From Haliotis rufescens (lineage: Eukaryota), in assembly GCF_023055435.1 (NCBI RefSeq), contig NW_025963902.1, positions 7,130,001-7,194,000 on the forward strand: 64,000 bases of DNA, written 5' to 3'. This document shows, in pieces, positions 45,078 to 58,800 of this stretch. The notes under the pieces were generated by a model, which saw only the letters and a program-made list of their open reading frames with translations, did not search any database and was not told where the DNA came from. The translations under genes were made by a program, and so were the position numbers. How positions within the stretch are numbered: position 1 is the first letter of the stretch; every line of letters starts with the position of its first letter.

Positions 45078-47809
45078 AAATTACCACAAACAGCTATTAT
45101 CAGTGTGTTAAATGTGGGAAAAACATGAACAAAATCAGGTCTTACATCATGATCCATAACACATCACCAACTTGTGTATAGTTTGTTTGTTGTTTAACGC
45201 CGCACTCAGCAATATTCCAGCTATATGACGGCGGTCTGTAAATAATCGAGTATGGACCAGACAATCCAGTGATTAATATCATGGGCATCGATCGATCCAC
45301 GCAATTGGGATCCATGACATGCATCAACCAAGTCAGCGAACCTGACCACCCGAACCCGTTAGTCGCCTTTTACGGCAAACATGGGTTGCTGAAGACCTAT
45401 TATACCCCGGATCTTCACGGGTCTCAGCCCTCGTTATTGTTGGTGTTCTTGTGGAAACATCTTTTGAAAATGCATTATCATGATAAAAGACAACTCTTTT
45501 GTTTTCAGTGAACACCATAACATCCACACGTTAACAATGGAAGTACAAAGCCAACCACAGAATCCTGGCTCTGTTTCTGAAACATGTGTAGTCAGTGATT
45601 GTGAGAGAGAATTGCTGGAAATTACTGACACTCAGGAAATAGGTGATCTCAAGGAACACAAAGATTGTGGTGGTCCAGAAGATCAGTCAACGTGTAGTGC
45701 ATGCGGGAAAACATTTATTAAATCAGAAGACATGAAAAGGCACATGGCGATTCACTGTGGAATCAAGCCTCACCAGTGCACTGTTTGTAAGAAAACATTA
45801 TCAGGTCATCTGCAGAAACATATGCTGATTCACACTGGAGTCAAACCTTATCAGTGTGTAGAATGTGGGAAAGGGTTCACACAGTCAGGTAGCCTGCAGA
45901 AACACATGATGATTCATAGTGGAATCAAGTCTCATCAGTGCTTCGTGTGTGAGAAAACATTTACATTATCATGTCATCTGCAGAAACATATGCTGATTCA
46001 CACTGGAATCAAACCTTATCAGTGTGTAGAATGTGGGAAAGGGTTCACACAGTCAGGCAGCCTGCAGAAACACATGAACGTACACAGTAGAAGCAACCCT
46101 TATCAATGTGTTGAATGTGGTAAAAGGTTTAGAGGTTCAGGACATCTGCAGGCACACATGAGGATTCACAGTGGAATTAAGCCTTATCCGTGCATTGTGT
46201 GTGAGAAAACATTTACACAATCGGGTCAGCTGCAGTCACACATGAGGATTCACACTGGAATCAAACCTTATCAGTGTGTTGAATGTGGGAAGGAATTTAC
46301 ACGATCAAATTACCTGCAGATATATTTGAGGATTCACAGTGGAGTCAAGCCTAATCAGTGTAATATATGTGAGAAAACATTGACACGATTAAGTACTCTG
46401 AAGAATCACATCAGGATTCACACTGGAATCAAACCTTATCACAAAATTACCACAAACAGCTATTATCAGTGTGTTAAATGTGGGAAAAACATGAACAAAA
46501 TCAGGTCTTACATCATGATCCATAACACATCACCAACTTGTGTATAGTTTGTTTGTTGTTTAACGCCGCACTCAGCAATATTCCAGCTATATGACGGCGG
46601 TCTGTAAATAATCGAGTATGGACCAGACAATCCAGTGATTAATATCATGGGCATCGATCGATCCACGCAATTGGGATCCATGACATGCATCAACCAAGTC
46701 AGCGAACCTGACCACCCGAACCCGTTAGTCGCCTTTTACGGCAAACATGGGTTGCTGAAGACCTATTATACCCCGGATCTTCACGGGTCTCAGCCCTCGT
46801 TATTGTTGGTGTTCTTGTGGAAACATCTTTTGAAAATGCATTATCATGATAAAAGACAACTCTTTTGTTTTCAGTGAACACCATAACATCCACACGTTAA
46901 CAATGGAAGTACAAAGCCAACCACAGAATTCTGGCTCTGTTTCTGAAACATGTGTAGTCAGTGATTGTGAGAGAGAATTGCTGGAAATTACTGACACTCA
47001 GGAAATAGGTGATCTCAAGGAACACAAAGATTGTGGTGGTCCAGAAGATCAGTCAACGTGTAGTGCATGCGGGAAAACATTTATTAAATCAGAAGACATG
47101 AAAAGGCACATGGCGATTCACTGTGGAATCAAGCCTCACCAGTACACTGTTTGTAAGAAAACATTATCAGGTCATCTGCAGAAACATATGCTGATTCACA
47201 CTGGAGTCAAACCTTATCAGTGTGTAGAATGTGGGAAAGGGTTCACACAGTCAGGTAGCCTGCAGAAACACATGATGATTCATAGTGGAATCAAGGCTCA
47301 TCAGTGCATCGTGTGTGAGAAAACATTTACATTATCATTTCATCTGCAGAAACATATGCTGATTCACACTGGAATCAAACCTTATCAGTGTGTAGAATGT
47401 GGGAAAGGGTTCACACAGTCAGGCAGCCTGCAGAAACACATGAACGTACACAGTAGAAGCAACCCTTATCAATGTGTTGAATGTGGTAAAAGGTTTAGAG
47501 GTTCAGGACATCTGCAGGCACACATGAGGATTCACAGTGGAATTAAGCCTTATCCGTGCATTGTGTGTGAGAAAACATTTACACAATCGGGTCAGCTGCA
47601 GTCACACATGAGGATTCACACTGGAATCAAACCTTATCAGTGTGTTGAATGTGGGAAGGAATTTACACGATCAAATTACCTGCAGATACACTTGAGGATT
47701 CACAGTGGAGTCAAGCCTAATCAGTGTAATATATGTGAGAAAACATTGACACGATTAAGTACTCTGAAGAATCACATCAGGATTCACACTGGAATCAAAC
47801 CTTATCAGT
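45078..47809 (+). repeat. 1366-bp tandem duplication (45078-46443 / 46444-47809)
   Basis: aaattaccacaaacagc recurs at offset 1366; SINE C, the acceptor and the first nine fingers are duplicated. Confidence 0.92.
45537..46547 (+). CDS. Truncated ZF copy: 9 fingers fused in frame to a relic finger
   Basis: Track ORF 45480-46547 ends ...HTGIKPYH|KITTNSYYQCVKCGKNMNKIRSYIMIH. Confidence 0.6.
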   Translation: MEVQSQPQNPGSVSETCVVSDCERELLEITDTQEIGDLKEHKDCGGPEDQSTCSACGKTFIKSEDMKRHMAIHCGIKPHQCTVCKKTLSGHLQKHMLIHTGVKPYQCVECGKGFTQSGSLQKHMMIHSGIKSHQCFVCEKTFTLSCHLQKHMLIHTGIKPYQCVECGKGFTQSGSLQKHMNVHSRSNPYQCVECGKRFRGSGHLQAHMRIHSGIKPYPCIVCEKTFTQSGQLQSHMRIHTGIKPYQCVECGKEFTRSNYLQIYLRIHSGVKPNQCNICEKTLTRLSTLKNHIRIHTGIKPYHKITTNSYYQCVKCGKNMNKIRSYIMIHNTSPTCV

Positions 47810-48225
47810 GTGTTGAATGTGGAAAAGAATTTACAGTATCAAGTAACATGAAGAAACACATGAGGATTCACAGTGGAGTCAGACCTTATCAGTGTAATAT
47901 ATGTCAGAAAACATTTACAGTATCAGGTACTCTGAAGAATCACATGGCGATTCACACTGGAATGAGACCTCATCAGTGTGTTGAATGCGGGAAAGCATTT
48001 GCACAATCAGGTAACCTGAAGACACACATGATGATTCACAGTGGAATCAAGCCTTATCAGTGTGTTGTGTGTGATAAGTGGTTCACACACTCAAGTAGCC
48101 TGCAGAAACACATGACCATTCACAGTGCTAGCAAGCCGTATCAGTGTGATGTGTGTGGTAAAGCGTTTACATACTCAAATAGCCTGAAGCGACACCTGAC
48201 CATTCATAGTGGAAGCAAGCCTTAG
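46903..48225 (+). CDS. Multi-C2H2 zinc-finger protein, 14 fingers (unit 4)
   Basis: Track ORF 46846-48225. Three extra N-proximal fingers, middle fingers missing relative to units 1-3, and Cys->Tyr in finger 2. Confidence 0.75.
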   Translation: MEVQSQPQNSGSVSETCVVSDCERELLEITDTQEIGDLKEHKDCGGPEDQSTCSACGKTFIKSEDMKRHMAIHCGIKPHQYTVCKKTLSGHLQKHMLIHTGVKPYQCVECGKGFTQSGSLQKHMMIHSGIKAHQCIVCEKTFTLSFHLQKHMLIHTGIKPYQCVECGKGFTQSGSLQKHMNVHSRSNPYQCVECGKRFRGSGHLQAHMRIHSGIKPYPCIVCEKTFTQSGQLQSHMRIHTGIKPYQCVECGKEFTRSNYLQIHLRIHSGVKPNQCNICEKTLTRLSTLKNHIRIHTGIKPYQCVECGKEFTVSSNMKKHMRIHSGVRPYQCNICQKTFTVSGTLKNHMAIHTGMRPHQCVECGKAFAQSGNLKTHMMIHSGIKPYQCVVCDKWFTHSSSLQKHMTIHSASKPYQCDVCGKAFTYSNSLKRHLTIHSGSKP

Positions 48226-51200
48226 CAGTGTGTTCGATGTGGGAAAATATTTTGACACTCAGGTACTCTGCATACACAAGTGATGATTCACAATGGAATG
48301 AAACCTTTACGAGTGCATTGTTTGTGAGAAAGGATTGACACACTCAGGTAATCTGCAGAAACACAAGGATTCGCCGTGGAATCCAACTTATCAGTGTGTT
48401 CAATGAAGCGAGGGATGTAACATCACACGTTTCATAGTTCTGGAATAAAGGTTTACAAAGTTCATATTCTTGCTGCGTAGGGGATATTTAAATCCAATGC
48501 TATCTATCTCGGCCGTTAATAATCCTCTGGCCATGTAGTGACCACATGTTTACACCACGTGCTCTTGGACAGGGAGGGGGCACGGGTGGCCCAGTGGTCT
48601 AAGGCGCCGCGATTCACTGTGCAGAGTTGCGTCCCTTGAGCTTGCCAGAAACCTATGACTGTGGGTTCGAATCCCGGTTCGCCCCAATTATGCTTCTAGG
48701 TTTGTCAGCACCATACCCGTGCTCGTGGGTTTCACCGAAGTGGTAAACGTCTGAGACCTGCATCACTTCGGGCTTTCCTCCCACATTAAGCTGACACGCC
48801 GCGATATAACTGGAATAGTGTTAAATGCGGCGTTAAACCCAACTCACTCACTCACTCTGAAACCACCTCCGTATTTAAGGGGTGGCAGGGCTTTGCCCGT
48901 TGACCTTGAGGCCCAGAGTTTGCCTCGTGGAGGACGTAAGCAAGTTCATATTCTTGCTGCGTAGGGGATATTTAAATCCAATGCTATCTATCTCGGTCGT
49001 TAATAATCCTCTGGCCATGTAGTGACCACATGTTTAAAACCACGTGCTCTTGGACAGGGATAAATCAAAGGCTATCTTATCTTCCTTACATGTAGTCATA
49101 CAGCAACTCTGTATGTTTCAGAGTTGACCAGTAGTTAGCCTGTCCAGAACAAGACAATAAACTAACTGTCATCGTCTACAACCCTGCTTTGACAAACAAG
49201 GTAGTTAGCCTGTTTAATTAGTGTGCTGATTGTTCTTATACACCACTAGACTCTTGGTCAAAACAAGGCAATTAACACATTCGCTGTGACCTGCAACCCG
49301 TGCCCACTTAAATTATTACTGAACCATTGTGACAAGTTCACGTAACATTAACCCGTGAAGATCCGGGGTAGAATAGGTCTCCAGCAACCCGTGCTTGCCG
49401 TAAAAGGCGACTATGCTTGTCGTAAGAGGCGACAAACGGGATCGGGTGGTCAGGATTTGGTTGACGCATGTCATCGTGTCCCAATTGCGTGGATCGATGC
49501 TCATGATGTCAATCTCTGGATTGTCTGTTCCAGCCTCGATTATTTACAGACCGCCGTCATATAGCTTGACTATTGCTGAGTGCGGCGTTAAACAACAAAC
49601 AAATAAACAAAAAATAACCAAATTTTCAGTGAGACATTTTCCATAGAGTGTGAATAAGTTTTCATGGAACCATAAATTCTTTGTATGGATTAATGTTACA
49701 CTTCAAAAGTGTATCGTACGGCTGCAAAGTACGACAACACGGGGATGCCACTTTATGCTGGGGTCTAGTGGCCGGATGCAGATAGATATCCCTGACCGCT
49801 AACCTCATCCGGTCACCGGGCGGTCACCCACAGGTCACCCAGGGACTCCAGCGACCTACATACATACATACATTAATATATTGTGTCTGTCAACATGCAC
49901 TACACGTTCTTGACTCTACGTCCCCTACGTCGTTACACAATACAATGGCATTTATACAAAACAGTTATTTCAATATAAAACACGTTATTAATTTATATAT
50001 AATACTTATCACTCACTTCTGTATACAATACGATGCTTGTCGTAAGAGGAGACAAACGGGATCGGATGGTAAGGCGCGCTGATTTGGTAGATGCATGTCA
50101 TCGTGTCCCAATTGCGTGGATCGATGCTCATGATATCAATCACTGGATTGTCTGGTAAAGACTAGATTATTTACAGACCGCCGTCATATAGCTGGAATAT
50201 TGAGTGCGGCGTTAAACAACAAACAAACAAACAAACGAAACTTAATATTTAAAAAAAACAATACAATATTTATCAATACGATATATGTAGCATTTATGAA
50301 TTTGGAGGCAAGAGTTATCGGAACTAAAACAAACATAAAGCACATCAAATAAAGCTAACTGATAGATAAATTCATACATACGATATTTATGACGTTGAAG
50401 AGCATGAGTATGTTTTACGCCGCTTTTTGCAATACCCCAGGAGGGGGGACTTTATACATTGTACACATGAACGGAATCGAACCCGGGTCTTCGGCTTGAC
50501 GATCGAACCCTTTCACCACCAGGCTACCCTACCGCCCCTTTTTGATATTGGTGACAATAGGTATCTCAACTAAAACTCAAGCAAATGAAATAAAGTTAAT
50601 CTAAAAATAAATGACGATTAGCAGTTTTACAATAAAACACTGCAGGGAGAATAAACCGCCAGTCGATTATTTCTTACATGAGATATCAATATTATGTTCA
50701 GCCTCTTTAAGGATGTTACTAAACCGTACAAACTTGAAATATATTTACCCGTATTTACATAATGATGACTCCCTGAATGGAATCCGACCTCGGCAATGTC
50801 GGACAAGTCCATTTTGCGAACAGGTGGGATAAGTTTGGTATTTCCCGCATATTCTCACATTCCTAACGTCAGTTGTCTAATACCGATTGTCATATCTCTT
50901 CCACTTTTTGATGCGATCGTTCGACCCCTGAGTTTATCTGCGTAGCCTAGCTAAGAAAATATGAATCATATATTGATGGGTTTATCAATTTGAAACATCA
51001 ATGCACCTTAATGAAAACTAAATAAGTTCTTTACAAACTTCATTAAAGCAAGAGATGCGAGTACAATGAATGTTACCACAAAAAAATAAAATAAATAGGA
51101 ATATTAATACCATTACCATTTCTACTCTTTTTTTTCAGTATTTGTCATAAAAACACAAATCCGCATAGAAATAGGTGTTCGATTAACTAAGTTATAGAAA

Positions 51201-51780
51201 AACAGACCGGTCCCCTGCCTCTACCGAGGTGGTCGGTGGGGTAGCCTGGTGGTGAAGGGGTTCGGTCGTCACGCCCAATACCAAGGTTCTATTCCCCACA
51301 TGGGTACAATGTGTGAAGTTCATTTCTGGTGTCCTCCGACGTGATATTGCAGGAATAGTGCTAAAAGCGGCGTAAAACTATACTCACTCACTCGCTGTTG
51401 AGGCAGAGCCCATATTAGGTACATATGTATATCGACTCTGGTTGAAGCGAAAGACAGGATGTATTCTTAAAATAGTAACACAACCCCACCAGCGCTCGTC
51501 ATAACGTGCAGCAAGCAAAGCCGGGAGGTCGCACACAGGCAGCAATCGAATGTAAGTATTGACAAGATTACAATATTACATGGCTTCGAAGTTACATCAT
51601 TTGACAGCGTCTGCTTAGAGAAATGCGTCTCCTTTCTTTGTGATCGTGGTTATTTATCCATTTTAACTCACTATCCCCTGTGTTTCTCTCCTGGAGACCT
51701 GGTTGTCTAGGTAGGCAGCGCGTGCGCTTCAGTGATACAGGCACGACTCAACAATGGCGGCTTCCATTCGATATGGACAC

Positions 51781-52230
51781 GGCCTCAGACCACAGTTATC
51801 CCCCCTAAGTTTTACCATGAACCGGAAGGAAAATAGGAGAATATAGTACCCAGTTGAAATGGGCTGTTCAGCCTGTGGCAATTTTTTTGGAGTGACTTGT
51901 GATAGCTTAAATGAAAGATAAGACATTGTAGTTTGCTGTCAATTTTTTGTAAGCCCCAATCTGTGAAGGTATTGATTCCAGCTTCCCATGATTTGACCCC
52001 AAGTTGAAGGCCGCTGTGTGTGTTTCGGCTCGAAACTTCCGGTGAGCATTGTTGACAGTGGTTACTGCGAAAGCAAGGTGGTGGATCCTGGACGTAAGTT
52101 TGCGTTTTAAGTGACAAGTGGCAGGTTGGTCAGCATGCAACAGGAGAACAGCCTACGACTGATAATAATTATGGTGGGCTGTCATGTCACTGTAGATAGC
52201 AAAGAAGGAAATTAATTGTGGTCTGAGGCC
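51781..52230. mobile_element. 450-bp MITE with 14-bp perfect TIR and 4-bp TSD
   Basis: GGCCTCAGACCACA...TGTGGTCTGAGGCC flanked by ACAC. The empty site ggACACgtgg is present in units 2, 3 and 5. Confidence 0.92.
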
Positions 52231-55200
52231 ACACGTGGCGCACGCTTCATCAGCTGTTTATGTATTTACTACGGAAAGACGCTAGAACGGGAGCTTAGAA
52301 AATGTCCGTGGCATCATGAATACTGTTGCAACGTGTATGTCAGGAGAATAACGTCCATTTTTACTTATATTATAAATAAAGGGAAACTACACTCTGGCTT
52401 CTATCCGACTGCCTCACACCACCAGCTAAGGCTCATATTTTTATTCAGTAGCTGCCGTGAGTCGATCAGCTGGCTAACGCAACAGAGCGCGACAACCTCA
52501 TCGGATGCCGTTATTTGGAAATTCCCCTGATGGTTATAGTTTGATAAAAAATATGTCTCCCCGCAGTGAAAACATGTTCGGATTTCTGAATGCGTGGATT
52601 ATAAGATGACAGATTATTTGGTTGTTTGTTTGTTTAACGCCGCACGCAGCAAAATTCCAGCTATATGACGGCGGTCTGTAAATAATCGAGGCTTGGCCAG
52701 ACAATCCAGTGATTGACATCATTAGCATCGATCCAAGCAATTGGAATACGATGACATGCATCAACCAAGTCAGCAAGCCTGACCACCCGATCCCGTTAGT
52801 CGCCTCTTACGACAAGCTTAGTTGGTTGCTGAAGAACTATTCTACCCCGGATCTTCACGGGCAAGGTGACATATTGATTTGGATACCATTGCTGTATTTT
52901 ATAGGTTGATCTTTAATAATATCACGTTATAATATCATGTCAACAGACCTATACTATTAAAAAGAACAATTTGATTTATTTGAAGCCGTAATTAAAACCC
53001 CATTTTCCCATTCCAGGGGTTTTGTATACTATCGACTGTCGGATGTTGAAGGAACAAGAAGATAAAGTCATCAATATAATCAGATAGAATTAGTGGTAGA
53101 ACCACTCAGATTGTCTGACAAAGACTGCCAAATTACTCAATAACGTTCATCCCTGCCTCTGGGGGTGTAGAGGATATACAGTGAGTGAGTGAGTGAGTGA
53201 GTGAGTGAGTGAGTGAGTGAGTGAGTGAGTGAGTGAGTATTGTTTTACGCCGCTTTTAGCAATATTTCAGCATTATCACGGCAGGGGGACACCAGAAATG
53301 GGCTTCACACATTGTACCCATGTCGAGAATCGAACCCGGGTCTTCAGCGTGACGAGCGAACGCTTTAACCACGAGGCTACCCTGACCGCCCCAGAGGATA
53401 TGTAGCATTCAGCGGTTCCCTTTTGGCATTTCTTGTGTCTGGGGTAATTACTCAATAGAAGACTGGGTTATAAATCCAGTCTGATGCGGTGAATGGACTA
53501 CATGTTAAGTAATAACCATGGCAACACAGTAAGAGAAGAATGATCTGTTGAGTTGCTAAAAAACATCGATCAAAGGATTAACCGATAATTTGATTGATAA
53601 ATCAATGTTATCTTGCGGAGTAGATTTGTCAAAAGTTAGTGTTCATGTACGTAGGTTTACTAAAGCAGACGAAATACACCCATATCTGGGCGTGAAGTGC
53701 TTATGTCAAAACAACATACTTTGGTCAAAGGATTAGCCGATAGTACGTTGATAGATTGATCATTTGGATTTTTTAATGAACCATGGACATCATGAACATA
53801 GTTGTCACGTGTGCTATCTCAGCTGACCAATGAGACTTGACACCTATGTGAAACACCTGAAACAAACTTACGTGGTCATTTGAGAAACGAACACGAATTA
53901 AGATACCCCAAAAGGCTCTATATATCGATATGTATCAAAATATTAGATTGTCACAAAGACACGTGACATCGAACAAGTTTCTTTGTACAGCTTGATATGT
54001 ATGGGATGTTATAGACCATTATCTAGTCTCTGAAATGATCATATCGTACAGGGAAAAAAAATAGTTGTTCAATTATCTTAACAAAAAGATAATAAAAGGG
54101 AGCCCAGAGACTCTCTTCATTTGATACTGCAGTAATCTAGACTTGCCAAACATTATAGACTTGCATTGGCTATATTTGATATGTAAGACAGACTGGGGAT
54201 ATTATTCCTCTCTCTGGATATAGACCCGTGAAGATTCCGGGGTAGAATAGGTCTTCAGCAACCCATGCTTGCCGTAAAAGGTGACTAACGGGATCGGGTG
54301 GTCTGGCCCGCTGACTTAGTTGATGCATGTCATGGATCCCAATTGCGTGGATCGATACGCATGATATTAATCACTGGATTGTCTGGTCCAGACTCGATTA
54401 TTTACAGACTGCCGTCATATAGCTGGAATATTGCTGAATGCGGCGTTAAACAACAAACCAACCTACTTTGTGGATATAGGATATGTATAACTGCCTGATA
54501 TTATACATATAACTTTTGTCGGTTGTAATTACGATTTTTGCATTTTGTTTTTATCCATTAACTGCAGCAGAAACCGAGGAGGCCTCAGCGGTGACTGGTC
54601 ATTTTTTTTTCATACGTAAAACTTACCCGCCAATAACGTCCAGCTGTACAAAAGTGATTATGGTTAATATTATCTTAATTAGTAAAACTTGCAACTAAAA
54701 ATACGGTATTTTGGAAAAATATCATTTCTGATCAAATAAAAATTTCAGAGTACAAGTATTCCGATCATTGCATCAAAATCCTTTCAAGTTATATGTTTTG
54801 GGGGGTATTATTAACCGAATCACGGGTAGATTGGTAGAAAATGTACAGCTAGGTGATATTTCCGGTTTAGTTAATGGGAAAAACACAGGGCAAACCTAAT
54901 TTCTGCAAATAAAAAAATGTCCAGCAGAAGAGAAAAGACAATTTAAATGGTAAATCGTCAAGTCTGGAAGTAATTTATCTCAAGTTTCATTGACCAAAAT
55001 TTTTTATCACCTATTTACGCTGAATTCGCTGAAGGGACTTGATGTAGTTTTTAACTGTGCAAAAGAGGATGTTTCCCTATTAAGTCGTATATCAGGCCCT
55101 CCTATGAATATGAATGAATAATGCCCCTTCCATACAGATTATCCATGATCAGCAATAATATAGTTCAGTAATGTATTTTGTATGCATTATCGATGTATTT

Positions 55201-55848
55201 TAATGGGAGTCGATTGGAAAACGTATCAGTCATAGAGCTAGATAAATTACTTCACCCATAATTTCATTCATTGTTTACGTCTAAGAACTCAATATCTTGT
55301 AATTGCCCAATAATTGGTGATACAATACGGCTTATAACAAAATTATGTCAGTCAACGCCAACAGTAAGGAATTCTTCTGTGGCTGATTGGCACTTAAGCA
55401 ATAATTTTAATTTATATGTATTTTATTAACATACCATTACGAGATCCCGATGCGTTTGTTTTGGCTACCACACAGTTGCCAAGTTGCTGGGATCTGTTTG
55501 GCGATGGGCGAGATGTCAGGCATCTTCAGCGTGGTCGGAGACCATGCCTGACTACTGCACATTTAATAATCTGTGATACTGACCCTGAAACAAATATATC
55601 CAAAAAAAGCCCAAGCAAGTCTATATTAGTAGGCAAGTCTAGATTACTGCAGTATCAGGAAATGACGAGAGTATCTTTGCTCCTTTTTATTATATTTTCT
55701 ATGAACAGAACTTAACAACTGTTCGACTAGATGTTAGTCTAGCCATATATTTGCTATAACTGATTTAAGAAAACACGTCTTCTACTTTTAGATAACAGAT
55801 TCTGATGCTCAATGCCATGAATTTTATGCTTAAAAATGTTAAAGTCAA

Positions 55849-58800
55849 GAATTCGAGTCAGACAAACCAAAAGAAACTACTTAGCTTATCGCTTATTGGT
55901 GTATCTCCGCAATGTCCCTCACGCTGTCTGTTTCCGGAAGAAAGTGTTCTTATGTAAGTGAGATCGGCTTCTGACGGATACAGCCGAAGTTATTCCGCTT
56001 CATTTGACCTAGTTTCCCATAGAAGCTGTGCACATATTTCGCTAATGACCGCTGTCAAATCCGATAGTGTTCTTTTTCATTCGCATAATTAATGCATTCG
56101 GTTCCAATTCAGGAGCTACCAATGCGCCTTCATTTTAACCCATTCAACGTTTTTATTCCAAATGCTTAGAGTGAGTGAGTGAGTGAGTGAGTTGGGTTTA
56201 ACGCCGCTTATAACATTATTCCAGTCATATCACGGCGTGTCAGCTTAAATGTGGGAGGAAAGCCCGAAGTGATGCATGCAGGTCTCAGACGTTTACCACT
56301 TTGGTGAAACCGACAAGCACGGGTATGGTGCTGACAAACCTAGAAACATAATCGGGGCGAACCGGGATTCGAACCCACAATCATAGGTTTCTTGTGTGCC
56401 CAAGGGACGCAACTCTGCACATCGAATCGCGGCGCCTTAGACGACTCGGCCACCCGTGCCCCCTATCCGCGGTCGAATTCAGCTAACATTGTAAGTAATC
56501 ATGTAAAAAAGACAGCTCTAAATATATAAAAATACATGGTCAGTTTTAATTAATGGATTGATGTACATTTAAACGAAAACATACAAAATTACAGCTGCCA
56601 TGTGATTCATTCTGCACTGAAGGCTGCGAAAACTGCTTGTGATTTGGTATGTTTGAACCTGTATGTAGCGCGCAAAGCCGGGAAGTCATACACAAAGGCA
56701 ACACTCAAATTTAAGTGACAGTACGGCAAAGATTACAAAATGACTTCGCGAATGATATCCATGGTAGATCATTTCATAACGGCTGCTTATGGAGTGGTGT
56801 CTCGTTTGACAGTGATCCATTTATCCATTTAACCGCACTGACCCAATCCCTAGTTTTCTCTCCTGGAGACCAGCCTTTGGCTCCTCTTGCGCCGCACTGA
56901 TACAGGCAATTCCATAACGGCGGCCTCCATGAGACAAAGAAAAATGGCCTAGCCTAATAGCCTAATGGTTAAAGCGTTCGCTCGTCACGCCGAAGACCTG
57001 GGTTCGATTCCCGACATGGGTACAATGTGTGAAGCCCATTTCTTGTGTCCCCCGCCGTGATGTTGCTGGAATATTCCAAAAAGCGGCGTAAAACCATACT
57101 GACTCACTGTTTATAAATGGACTGGACTGTGACGTCGTTTGAGGGCGCTAATATAACCTTATAATGGTGTACTTAGAAATCAGAAGACATGAAAAGGCAC
57201 ATGGCGATTCACTGTGGAATCAAGCCTCACCAGTGCACTGTTTGTAAGAAAACATTATCAGGTCATCTGCAGAAACATAATTTTTTTATTTTTTTATGCT
57301 GATTCACACAGGAGTCAAACCTTATCAATGTGTAGAATGTGGGAAAGGGTTCACACAGTCAGGCAGCCTGCAGAAACACATGAATGTACACAGTAGAAGC
57401 AACCCTTATAAGTGTGTAGAATGTGGGAAAGGGCTCACACAGTCAGGTAGCCTGCAGAAACACATGATGATTTATAGTGTTTATAAATTGACTGGACTGT
57501 GACGTCACACAATTCGCGAAAAATCGCGTTGAATATGGCCGTTTGAGGGCGCTAATATAACCTTATAATGGTATACTTAGAAATACTAAATAGTGTACGA
57601 AATGTGTCATTTTTCTGGGTATGAATATTCCACTGGTACGAAATGTCTGGTGTTTTCCCGCAGTACTAATTCGTTTGGGGTATGAATTTACCACAAACAG
57701 CTATTATCAGTGTGTTAAATGTGGGAAAAACATGAACAAAATCAGGTCTTACATCATGATCCATAACACATCACCAACTTGTGTATAGTTTGTTTGTTGT
57801 TTAACGCCGCACTCAGCAATATTCCAGCTATATGACGGCGGTCTGTAAATAATCGAGTATGGACCAGACAATCCAGTGATTAATATCATGGGCATCGATC
57901 GATCCACGCTATTGGGATCCATGACATGCATCAACCAAGTCAGCGAACCTGACCACCCGAACCCGTTAGTCGCCTTTTACGGCAAACATGGGTTGCTGAA
58001 GACCTATTATACCCCGGATCTTCACGGGTCTCAGCCCTCGTTATTGTTGGTGTTCTTGTGGAAACATCTTTTGAAAATGCATTATCATGATAAAAGACAA
58101 CTCTTTTGTTTTCAGTGAACACCATAACATCCACAAGTTAACAATGGAAGTACAAAGCCAACCACAGAATTCTGGTTCTGTTTCTGAAACATGTGTAGTC
58201 AGTGACTGTGAGAGAGAATTGCTGGAAATTACTGACACTCAGGAAATAGGTGATCTCAAGGAACACAAAGATTGTGGTGGTCCAGAAGATCAGTCAACGT
58301 GTAGTGGATGCGGGAAAACATTTATTAAATCAGAAGACATGAAAAGGCACATGGCGATTCACTGTGGAATCAAGCCTCACCAGTGCACTGTTTGTAAGAA
58401 AACATTATCAGGTCATCTGCAGAAACATATGCTGATTCACACTGGAGTCAAACCTTATCAGTGTGTAGAATGTGGGAAAGGGTTCACACAGTCAGGTAGC
58501 CTGCAGAAACACATGATGATTCATAGTGGAATCAAGTCTCATCAGTGCATCGTGTGTGAGAAAACATTTACATTATCATTTCATCTGCAGAAACATATGC
58601 TGATTCACACTGGAATCAAACCTTATCAGTGTGTAGAATGTGGGAAAGGGTTCACACAGTCAGGCAGCCTGCAGAAACACATGAACGTACACAGTAGAAG
58701 CAACCCTTATCAATGTGTTGAATGTGGTAAAAGGTTAAGAGGTTCAGGACATCTGCGGGCACACATGAGGATTCACACTGGAATTAAGCCTTATCCGTGC

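Larger units (their letters stand above)
43302..55848. repeat. Segmental tandem unit 4 (5'-truncated, with internal duplication and MITE)
   Basis: Starts at the equivalent of unit-1 position ~881 and runs to the next gaattcgagtc at 55849. Confidence 0.9.
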
